IMG/VR virus record: IMGVR_UViG_3300042009_000026
Span: 224,001-288,000 of that record
DNA: 64,000 nt
Strand: one strand, 5' to 3'
Origin: a virus
Taxonomy: Duplodnaviria > Heunggongvirae > Uroviricota > Caudoviricetes
The notes beneath the pieces are model-generated. The model was given only the letters and a program-made list of their open reading frames with translations. It made no database searches and was not told the origin of the DNA. A program made the position numbers and the translations under genes. Below are positions 9,632 through 17,837 of this stretch, piece by piece; positions within the stretch are counted from its first letter, which is position 1; each line of letters opens with the position of its first letter.

Positions 9632-12289
9632 ATGTCATATGAACAATTAGCTCAAGCGGTGACAGAACTGTCTGCCAGTAACACCGCTTTAAAAGAGCAA
9701 GCCGCAGCGGTACTTGATGCCGCTGATGTTGCTTTAGCTGCTGCAGCAGCAAGAACAAAAGTAAACGTAGCCTACCCGTTCACATATGTAGCAGGGCAAG
9801 CGCAATATGACGTTGAAGTAATCTCCGGTGATAATTCAGTCACTACAGCTGGTTTGTCACTATGGGTCGAAGGGGCTATCGAATACGCCTTTACTGTTGA
9901 CACGATGAAAAAGTTCACTCTGTTGAATCCAGAAGTTTATTCTGACGGGCAACAGATGCGGATCATCGTCAATGCACGTTATGACCACATGTTTGATCAG
10001 CTCGATAATTTGTACACCGTCGAGAAAACCAAACGTTCCCAAGACTACCTAACTTACTTAGAAGCAATGGGTTTGGAAACAGAGATCCCATATGCAGCAG
10101 GGATTGATGTGGTACGTACCACACAAGTAGTACGGTACTTAGACGTTAACTATCGTCCATTGCGGGCAGCATTGCCTTTCACCACCAGTACTTGGGTAGA
10201 AGACCAAAGTAAATTGGTACAAGCTGAAGACATTACGTTACGTCAATTCTTGTATGGCCCGCAAGGTTCAGAAGTCTTAGGGTTTACGCGTAGCTCATTG
10301 GCCACAGCCACAGGCACCGTCAATAGAATGTTGTCGGCTCAACCATACAACATCTACGAATTTTCTGATGCCGTTGTTGATCGCCCTGATCTAAATGACC
10401 CCGATACTTGGGATTGGACACCAGCAATAGCCAAAGCCTTTACGGACATTCCGTTGGGTGGAGAGCTAGTATTTACTCCAGGTGTATATCGTTCTTCTGG
10501 TGCTACTCGTATTGGCGCACTGCGTATGTATGCGGGTGGCAATGTTACGTTCTTGCAGATCGCTAACGCACCGACCGTCACACTGAAAGGTCGCTTGGAC
10601 GATATCATCAGTGTTACTACGACTGAAGCTTCGTCATATGACTTCAGTGGTGAAGGCGCAGCAACAGCCTGTACTAAATTGTCCTTTGCTGCAACACCTA
10701 CATGGGTAGTAGGGGATATAATTAAGATTGTAGCAGATGATGTCTTGTTCGGTTCGGCTAACACTGAGCAACGGACAGGTGAGTTCGGTTTCGTAGGTGC
10801 AGTAGTAGACAACGACGTATGGATCACACACTTGCTGCGTGACCCTTATACACTCAATGTTCGAGCTCGTCGTCAAGTCGATGACATGATCGGGCTGTAT
10901 GGATTTACTTTCGATACCTTGGATACGGGTAATGCCAACGGGTGGAACTCCGATCTATTGCAAGTTGTAAACGGTCAAAACTGTGAATTTGAAAACCTGA
11001 CTGCTGAATTCGGTTATGGTATCTTCATGAACTTGCAGAGTATTTTCCGATACAAAGCCAAAGGAATCATGGTCCGTCGGTTAATCAATGATCCTGTTTC
11101 ACAACGGTACGGTTACGGCATCTCGGATAAATCTTGTGCTTTTGGTGTAGTGACTATGTCACACTTCATGGGCTGTCGTCACGGCTATACCACTGGTACT
11201 AGTCGTGTACCAATTGCTGGTAGTGAAGATACCCATCGCTATGGTCGAACCTATGCGACTAAGGTCAGTGACTCTACGGGTATGGGTTGTACTAATGCCC
11301 CCTTCGATGCACACGAACTAGCTGACTCCATTGAGTTCCACAACTGTACAGCACACTCTGGTGTACGTGGTCCACAAAGCAGTGGTGCTGGTTTCCAAAT
11401 GCGTGGTCGTAATGGTGTATTCCATGGGTGTATTGCTTCTCAGATGCGCGTAGGTTTCTCGTTTATCTCGACCTATGCTAATGAGACCAGTAACGTTACT
11501 TTGATCAACTGCGAAGCACGAGGAGTGACTTCACAAGCGGTCATTAACTCTGGTGCTGCTGGGCGCACCATTGACAAGGTAACTATCAAAGGTGGTAAGT
11601 TCAGTTCGATCACTCAGTCGAACCTGTTGTGGATCGATCATCTGATCCTGGACAACCCGACCTTTATAGTACCAGCTGAGTCAGGGGACTATTCCAAATG
11701 CTTGGCCTTTGGGCGTGGTCGTGTAACAGGTACTGTCACTTTTGACCTTTCAAATGTAGACCCTACGTTGACTAACGTACGGTGCTGGTCGATCACCAGT
11801 GCGTTCACTAACATTGATATTGCTGACATGCGTATCATCGGTGCACCCGCTAGTGTGACTTCACAAGCAATCTGCGAAGGACAATTGATCGATCCTGCGT
11901 ACAAGGTGACCTTCCGTAAAGTAGAAGTTGACCGACATACCGAAGGGACTAAAAGTGGACAAACCACAATCGCCTACCGGTATATCAATAGTCAAGAAGG
12001 TACTACCAGTAATTTCATTACTCGGGTATTGACTGCTTCTGGACAATTTGTATCCACTGGTACATTGTACGGTGACATTACACTGAAGCTGTCTGGTGGG
12101 CCATACACTTTGGCAACCCCTGATGCTGGTAAACATGCTGGGCAACGCATGATCATTATCAATGCCGGCACAGCAATCTTGACTATGCCTGCAGGTGGTA
12201 CAACTAACCTTACTGCTAGTCGTGCGATTGCAGCAGGTTCTGCATTGGTCCTGGTGTGGGATGGAACCATCTGGCTCGTTGCCAGTTAA
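9632..12289 (+). CDS. Large tailspike with extra N-terminal domains (MSYE-class anchor)
   Basis: GGAGG RBS and MSYEQLA. Extra beta domain, then a prophage-type neck (LPFTTSTW...LRQFL; DPDTWDWTPA), a beta-helix (GCRHG, FDAHE) and a C-terminal LVWDGTIW domain. Confidence 0.85.
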   Translation: MSYEQLAQAVTELSASNTALKEQAAAVLDAADVALAAAAARTKVNVAYPFTYVAGQAQYDVEVISGDNSVTTAGLSLWVEGAIEYAFTVDTMKKFTLLNPEVYSDGQQMRIIVNARYDHMFDQLDNLYTVEKTKRSQDYLTYLEAMGLETEIPYAAGIDVVRTTQVVRYLDVNYRPLRAALPFTTSTWVEDQSKLVQAEDITLRQFLYGPQGSEVLGFTRSSLATATGTVNRMLSAQPYNIYEFSDAVVDRPDLNDPDTWDWTPAIAKAFTDIPLGGELVFTPGVYRSSGATRIGALRMYAGGNVTFLQIANAPTVTLKGRLDDIISVTTTEASSYDFSGEGAATACTKLSFAATPTWVVGDIIKIVADDVLFGSANTEQRTGEFGFVGAVVDNDVWITHLLRDPYTLNVRARRQVDDMIGLYGFTFDTLDTGNANGWNSDLLQVVNGQNCEFENLTAEFGYGIFMNLQSIFRYKAKGIMVRRLINDPVSQRYGYGISDKSCAFGVVTMSHFMGCRHGYTTGTSRVPIAGSEDTHRYGRTYATKVSDSTGMGCTNAPFDAHELADSIEFHNCTAHSGVRGPQSSGAGFQMRGRNGVFHGCIASQMRVGFSFISTYANETSNVTLINCEARGVTSQAVINSGAAGRTIDKVTIKGGKFSSITQSNLLWIDHLILDNPTFIVPAESGDYSKCLAFGRGRVTGTVTFDLSNVDPTLTNVRCWSITSAFTNIDIADMRIIGAPASVTSQAICEGQLIDPAYKVTFRKVEVDRHTEGTKSGQTTIAYRYINSQEGTTSNFITRVLTASGQFVSTGTLYGDITLKLSGGPYTLATPDAGKHAGQRMIIINAGTAILTMPAGGTTNLTASRAIAAGSALVLVWDGTIWLVAS

Positions 12290-12297
12290 TGAATACC

Positions 12298-12320
12298 AAG
12301 GGCTTTGCATAAGAGCCCTT
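12298..12320 (+). terminator. Intergenic hairpin
   Basis: AAGGGCT...AGCCCTT inverted repeat between genes. Confidence 0.5.
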
Positions 12321-12334
12321 ATACGGAGGTTTGT

Positions 12335-14671
12335 ATGAGTGTTGGTCTACTCACTAAGTTAGCAAAAATAGTTCCTAACCTACTTAAGTTGGTTACCACT
12401 GATGGTGCCAGTGAAATCGGTAGTCCGTCTGGAGTAAACTTAGCTTCAGCTAAAGTCTCTCTTCAGAACATGGCTGCTCTTTTGGTATTGCCAAAACCAG
12501 TGGTAGCAACAGGACGGACATTGGTTGTCTATGTAGCTGGCTACTATGAACAAGGTGATGGCGGAGAAGGCGATTGGTACTGGGCTAGTAACAGCAATGA
12601 AGTACATGATGCCGCCATGGTAGTCAATCCACCGGGTAACGAAGGCGCAGGACGTTGGAAACGAGTCTTAACCGACGAAGTACGGCCTGAATTCTTCGGT
12701 GCTGTTGGTAACTACAGTTGGGATACCAAGCAAGGTACTTTGAATACAGAGGCATTACAAGCGTCACTGTGTTGGTGTAACCGTAAAGGTTCGATCCTAC
12801 GTCCGATGGCTGGTCGTAAATACCTGACCGATACACTGCGTCTACATTACGATGCTGTGTTAAACCCTAATTGGCCTGGTCGTAGTGGCCGAGTCAGTAT
12901 CTTGGGTCATGGTAACGGTCATGCGACTGGTGCACTGGAAGAACCAGGTACTGCCTTTGTGCACATCAATGGATCTAACACACCGCTTATTGAACTCAAA
13001 GGTCTTTTCTCCATTGAGAATCCAACTGGCATGGGTGGTTATTTTTCTTTGATGAACTTCAACCTTGTAGGCGGCACACACAGTGCCGATGTACTACGTT
13101 TACAAGGTGCGCAAGGTAGTATCTTCCTACAGAACTACACTGTTAAAGTACAGAACCCTGCAGGTAATGGTATCGTAGAATCGACTACTTGGGAAACTAC
13201 GCATATTAACGGATTGATCCGTGGTGGTGCATCAGGTACCGGTACATGGACAGGCGTCGGCCTAGATATCACAACTGATGGTTCGTTTGGTCAGACCAAC
13301 ATGAAGTGCTATACTAACGTCGATTGTTACAAAATGGGTTATGGTATCCGTATTGGTCGTCGTGGTGCAGTGCAGGGTACATTCGGTCCACTGGTCTTCA
13401 TTGGCGGCCAAACCTCGCTGGCTGATCAGCATGGCTTGTGGTTAGATGGTGGTGTTATTTCTTTCACTTCTATCGGCCAACAATTCGAAGGTTGTCAGAG
13501 GAATGCCATCAAAATTAGCCGTGAATATGAACCAGGTCTGTTAGCTACGGATATAGTGCGTAATGTTAAGTTCTCGCAGAACTACATCACTGGATCTGGT
13601 TTGGTTGAAGATGGTTCATATGACAGCTATGCGATTCATGTCCAAGATGGTGATTCTATTACCTTCGAAGGGATGACCTTCAACACAATGGGTAGTGGCC
13701 TTGCGTACAACGCTGAACTAGTAACCAATTTGCACATCATCCGTCCATTGATCCGTACTGTTCGCGAATACGGGGCTACATCAGGAACGGGTTTCCATTC
13801 GTATGGCGCAGCGCCAGCTATTCAAAAGTTCGAATGTACTGATGCTGTATTCAATCAGAACCCACTAATACAGTTCAACGCTGCGGCAATTGAACAGTTC
13901 TCACGCTATGCAGCAGGTGGTTATCTCAGTAATGCTGGTCAAACAACGCCAACAGTTTCTATGGGCGGTGCTTGGGCATCAGATTCGATTGATAACATGA
14001 ACTTCAATAACTCAGAACCACTGACAGTGACTAACATTCTGGGTGGACGAACTAAACAAGTACTGAGACTTTCGTTCTCAAATACCTTGACCACTATCGC
14101 CAGTAATGGTAACATCTATTTGCAAGATGGGCGAGACTTTACACCTAAGTCTTCCAAGTCGTCATTAACTCTCCAGTTTGACGGTGCAGTTTGGGTTGAA
14201 CAGGGTCGTAGCAATGGCTCTGAACTAAGAACCATCGTATTGGAAACTAGTGCTGTAGCACGACCACACCCAGGTACAATCACTACGGAACATACTTTCG
14301 TTACAGTAAACATCCCACCTGGTCTACTTGGTCTTAATGGTATCGTTGAAGTTGACGCGGTATTTAGTTATAGTAACAACGCTAATACCAAGACAATGAA
14401 GTATAAGTTCGGTGGAGGTTCATTCTTTTCGACTACTGCCACTGCTACGTCTTCTGCTGCATTTATTAAGAGACTCCAAAACAGAGGTGTCGCTAATAGT
14501 CAACTGGGTGAAGCTGCTAGTAGCCAAGTACAAGGGGGCACTAACGCTAACGCGCCGTACACAGCTGCTATCGATACAACGGCAACGGTGGCTGTAGCTA
14601 TTGTAGGTCAGTTAGCGGTAGGCACTGATACAATGACACTCGAACGATACACTGTCAGGGTTATTGTGTAA
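12335..14671 (+). CDS. Tailspike/depolymerase (LTKLAK-class anchor)
   Basis: GGAGG RBS before ATG 12335, so the track's TTG start at 12305 is unlikely. Tailspike head motif GYYEQGDGGEG.WYW...GRWKR, then PEFFGAVG and a beta-helix. Confidence 0.85.
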   Translation: MSVGLLTKLAKIVPNLLKLVTTDGASEIGSPSGVNLASAKVSLQNMAALLVLPKPVVATGRTLVVYVAGYYEQGDGGEGDWYWASNSNEVHDAAMVVNPPGNEGAGRWKRVLTDEVRPEFFGAVGNYSWDTKQGTLNTEALQASLCWCNRKGSILRPMAGRKYLTDTLRLHYDAVLNPNWPGRSGRVSILGHGNGHATGALEEPGTAFVHINGSNTPLIELKGLFSIENPTGMGGYFSLMNFNLVGGTHSADVLRLQGAQGSIFLQNYTVKVQNPAGNGIVESTTWETTHINGLIRGGASGTGTWTGVGLDITTDGSFGQTNMKCYTNVDCYKMGYGIRIGRRGAVQGTFGPLVFIGGQTSLADQHGLWLDGGVISFTSIGQQFEGCQRNAIKISREYEPGLLATDIVRNVKFSQNYITGSGLVEDGSYDSYAIHVQDGDSITFEGMTFNTMGSGLAYNAELVTNLHIIRPLIRTVREYGATSGTGFHSYGAAPAIQKFECTDAVFNQNPLIQFNAAAIEQFSRYAAGGYLSNAGQTTPTVSMGGAWASDSIDNMNFNNSEPLTVTNILGGRTKQVLRLSFSNTLTTIASNGNIYLQDGRDFTPKSSKSSLTLQFDGAVWVEQGRSNGSELRTIVLETSAVARPHPGTITTEHTFVTVNIPPGLLGLNGIVEVDAVFSYSNNANTKTMKYKFGGGSFFSTTATATSSAAFIKRLQNRGVANSQLGEAASSQVQGGTNANAPYTAAIDTTATVAVAIVGQLAVGTDTMTLERYTVRVIV

Positions 14672-14677
14672 TATTAA

Positions 14678-14696
14678 GGGAGGGCATAAACCTCCC
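14678..14696 (+). terminator. Intergenic hairpin
   Basis: GGGAGG-GCATAAA-CCTCCC. Confidence 0.4.
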
Positions 14697-14729
14697 CCTA
14701 ACCCCCCTAATAAATTTTGAGGTAAACGT

Positions 14730-16559
14730 ATGTCAATTGGTGCTTTAACTAAGTTGGCAAAGCTTGTGCCCAATCTGCTATCTTTGATGGGGATGAATGG
14801 CGCACAAGAAATTAAATACAATGGTCGATCTGTAGCAGCTCGCTTAGACGAATCCCCTAGCTTAACTGATTTCTGGCGTGAAGGTGATGGTGAGGATTGG
14901 CAACCAGCTTTTTCTCGAATAGTGGCGGCAGGTAAGCGTTCAGTTATTGTTCCCAGTGGTAGCTATGGGTTAGGTTCAACAGCATTCTTGCCTGCTGGTT
15001 TCTGGGTCGACTGTGAATCACGCAACGTGACCTTCTTTCATTTGGATACTGGTTCATTCGTAGATGGGTGTCTGTTCATGATCAACACCACGAATGGCAT
15101 TACTTGGTCTACACCATATCCGAATATGAACACGGGTGGGTTTCAGCGATGTAATTTCACCAATCCCCATGGCGTAAATCCTGCTAAGGGTATTAAGTGT
15201 TTTGGTTCAGGGAAGTTCGAACAACTAAAGTTCAATGGGTTAACCCAGAGCATCATGCGTCCGACTGGTTTCTACACAGACAGCTTTCATCTGAGTGATA
15301 TTATTGCTGAGAATCCTCAAGGCAATGAATCGTATCAGTTTGATATCTTAGGGCTTGGTGACGGGTTCATCGCCAAGAATATCCATTGTCCTTATACCGT
15401 GGCCACTGCACAGTCCATGAAAGCTATGCGCTTACGTGGTATTCAAGGCGGAACAGTAGAGGCTTGTATTGGTGGGGATTATCTAGTTGAGCTGTGTGGT
15501 AACATCAACTTCGTTGGCGGACACTTTGAACGTGCACAACATATTTACGATTCGTCTGATGTAACAGTGGATAGTCAGTTCCTTCCAGACACACGTATTC
15601 CGATTATCACCCAAGGTACTTTTGCTTCATCTTCAAATGAATCCAGATTTACTGTTAAGCTTCAGAATACACGCTTCAGGAATGTCGAAGGTCTTATGGA
15701 GTGGACTGGTTTCCATGTACAGCAAGGAGACTCTGTTTCTTTGATTGTGGATAACGCAGTACATCAATGGACAGTGCAAGGCGATTTCCAACGTGATCAA
15801 CAGGCCGGTATCCGTCTCTGTCAAGCGGATGGTATAACTCCTATTCCGAGCTTCAACAATTATTCATATCTGACTTCTCGTAAGAGCATAGTAGATATTC
15901 CTAACATCGTTTCTTTGAATCACGGTGTACGGATGGCTGATGCATCATTCCAAGGAATTGCATCATCTCGAGTAGAAGCCGTGGGTACTCGTTCGACAGG
16001 GGTGAACCAATGGAAAGCAGCGGTTGGCACTTATTACTACAATGTACAAGTGCTCTATGATGCTGGTCGTGCTATTGGACGCAATCCGGTTAATGCTGAA
16101 GCCAGCCTCATTGCTGCATTAGACAAAATGAATGTGCTCAACGTAGGTTTTGCAACTTCACCACGTAATGGGATCATTCGACTCTACCGTGGTACTGCGG
16201 CGGGATCATATACGCACTATGTGGATATCCATTCATTAGGCAGTACATTTATGTTTGATAATGGTGTAGCCGTTAATGGTGTACCGTGGTTAACACGTAC
16301 CGCTGGTGCGATGAACACCATCAACAGTATGGGTAGTTTTATTCGTTTCACTGGTAGCCGAATAAAGCTGGCGTCTGATGCTTTGCCTGGGAATGCTGGT
16401 TCCTTTATCCAAGGGGATCTAGTGGAACGTACTGATGGTGTTATTGATGCTAACTCCATGCTCCTTACCGGGCATAAACGATTAACCACTGGCTCCGGTG
16501 GAGTAATAGGCACCGACTGGGCTTATCTGAGACAGAGTCATGTTTCACCAGCAGTGTAA
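14730..16559 (+). CDS. Tailspike/depolymerase (LTKLAK-class anchor)
   Basis: GAGG RBS. MSIGALTKLAKLVPNLL is near-identical to the 12335 N-terminus. RSVAARLDE...TDF...DWQPAF...VPSGSY neck. Confidence 0.83.
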   Translation: MSIGALTKLAKLVPNLLSLMGMNGAQEIKYNGRSVAARLDESPSLTDFWREGDGEDWQPAFSRIVAAGKRSVIVPSGSYGLGSTAFLPAGFWVDCESRNVTFFHLDTGSFVDGCLFMINTTNGITWSTPYPNMNTGGFQRCNFTNPHGVNPAKGIKCFGSGKFEQLKFNGLTQSIMRPTGFYTDSFHLSDIIAENPQGNESYQFDILGLGDGFIAKNIHCPYTVATAQSMKAMRLRGIQGGTVEACIGGDYLVELCGNINFVGGHFERAQHIYDSSDVTVDSQFLPDTRIPIITQGTFASSSNESRFTVKLQNTRFRNVEGLMEWTGFHVQQGDSVSLIVDNAVHQWTVQGDFQRDQQAGIRLCQADGITPIPSFNNYSYLTSRKSIVDIPNIVSLNHGVRMADASFQGIASSRVEAVGTRSTGVNQWKAAVGTYYYNVQVLYDAGRAIGRNPVNAEASLIAALDKMNVLNVGFATSPRNGIIRLYRGTAAGSYTHYVDIHSLGSTFMFDNGVAVNGVPWLTRTAGAMNTINSMGSFIRFTGSRIKLASDALPGNAGSFIQGDLVERTDGVIDANSMLLTGHKRLTTGSGGVIGTDWAYLRQSHVSPAV

Positions 16560-16596
16560 CATGAACAGTAATTTTATGTAACAAAAGGATTCCGCT

Positions 16597-17196
16597 ATGA
16601 GCACTGAAACAGTACCAAACAAAAATATGCTTTCCGGTATGGAGTCTCTGCTCACACTGAGTGGCGATGAACTTGTGGAAGTGGTAAAGCTTATGCCTGA
16701 TGGTTCGTATAAGAACTATCGCACATTTGCTTCTAAACTCCGTGTAGGTAAAACTGCATTTGACATCGCCGTGGAGAATGGCTTTGTCGGTACAGAGGCC
16801 GAATGGCTTGCAACATTAGTAGGCGAATCCGCTTACGAGACAGCTGTTCGTTTAGGCGAGTTTGTGGGTACTGAAACCGAATGGGTTCAGTCTATGGCTC
16901 CTCTGTATGAACACAACGTTGAATCGAGTGGCCAAGCTTTGGTTGCTGGTGTAGACGGTATCGGTGCATGGACGCAACTCACTGGTGCGCACGTTGGCTT
17001 GGATAAAGTCGACAATACTACGGACATGGAAAAGCCGGTATCCGATCCACAACAAACTGAGTTCGCTCGGTATCTGTTGCGGTCTCGGACAACTACTGAA
17101 GTAATGAAGGTGCTATTGGCACTTCCAGGCATTCGGTATACAGAGGACATGACTGACATCATCTTTGATGAAGGTGTTGTGGCAGTTACCCCTTAA
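16597..17196 (+). CDS. Short tail-fibre anchor/adaptor protein
   Basis: NKNMLSGMESLLTLSGDE anchor, two SAYE-type repeats and a VGLDKVDNTTDMEKPVS fibre motif. No catalytic domain. Confidence 0.75.
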   Translation: MSTETVPNKNMLSGMESLLTLSGDELVEVVKLMPDGSYKNYRTFASKLRVGKTAFDIAVENGFVGTEAEWLATLVGESAYETAVRLGEFVGTETEWVQSMAPLYEHNVESSGQALVAGVDGIGAWTQLTGAHVGLDKVDNTTDMEKPVSDPQQTEFARYLLRSRTTTEVMKVLLALPGIRYTEDMTDIIFDEGVVAVTP

Positions 17197-17224
17197 TTGT
17201 AATACATAGAAGGAACGAACGACA

Positions 17225-17707
17225 ATGATCATCCAAATTAAACGTGGCGTCACAGCAGTAGCAGCAACATGGGTAGGCGTTGAAGGCTCGCTCTTCATCG
17301 ACTTAACTACTAAACTGGTTTACGTGCATGATGGTGTCACAGTTGGTGGTACATTAGTAAGTGGTCTCAGTCAAGCTGCTATTAATCAACTGATTGATAC
17401 TAAGCTAGATGCGCAAACATTGGCTATTGCTGATATCACTGGACTGGAAACTGCTCTAGCCGATACTCTGAAAACTGCAGATATCGGTAACACAGTAGCT
17501 TCCCTGGTCGGTGGCAAGGTGCCTGTTGGACAACTCCCTGATCCAGTTGTGGTTCCGGTTAAAGCAACTGGGGCTGAGCTGATCACTGGTACAGACGACA
17601 CTAAGTTTGCTACGGCAGCTTCATTGTTATTGTTACTTGCCGATATTGGTTTTACCAAAGATGGCAACGGCGAATGGCATCTGGAATCAGGTGTTGTAAC
17701 ACCATAA
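17225..17707 (+). CDS. Small fibre-associated protein with an Mtd_N/hyaluronidase-N-like domain
   Basis: IQIKRG...G.EG.LFIDLTTK.VYVHDGVT.GG matches the Mtd N-terminal pattern. AAGGA RBS. Confidence 0.6.
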   Translation: MIIQIKRGVTAVAATWVGVEGSLFIDLTTKLVYVHDGVTVGGTLVSGLSQAAINQLIDTKLDAQTLAIADITGLETALADTLKTADIGNTVASLVGGKVPVGQLPDPVVVPVKATGAELITGTDDTKFATAASLLLLLADIGFTKDGNGEWHLESGVVTP

Positions 17708-17710
17708 AAA

Positions 17711-17738
17711 CATACGGGAACCTTAGGGTTTCCTTATG
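17711..17738. terminator. CATA-hairpin-TATG element
   Basis: CATAC-GGGAACC-TTAG-GGTTTCC-TTATG. Confidence 0.6.
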
Positions 17739-17837
17739 CCGTCTCAGTATTTTTTAACCTACTGTATGAGTCTTATTTAAGTTTTAGTAAGGCGTCCAGT
17801 TTATTTTACTAAGACTCTCTTTAAAGGAAACATCGCG

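Noticed and set aside
17225-17707. Diversity-generating retroelement suggested by the Mtd_N-like domain
   Set aside because: No reverse transcriptase, no TR/VR repeat pair differing at adenines, and no C-type lectin variable region seen in the window.
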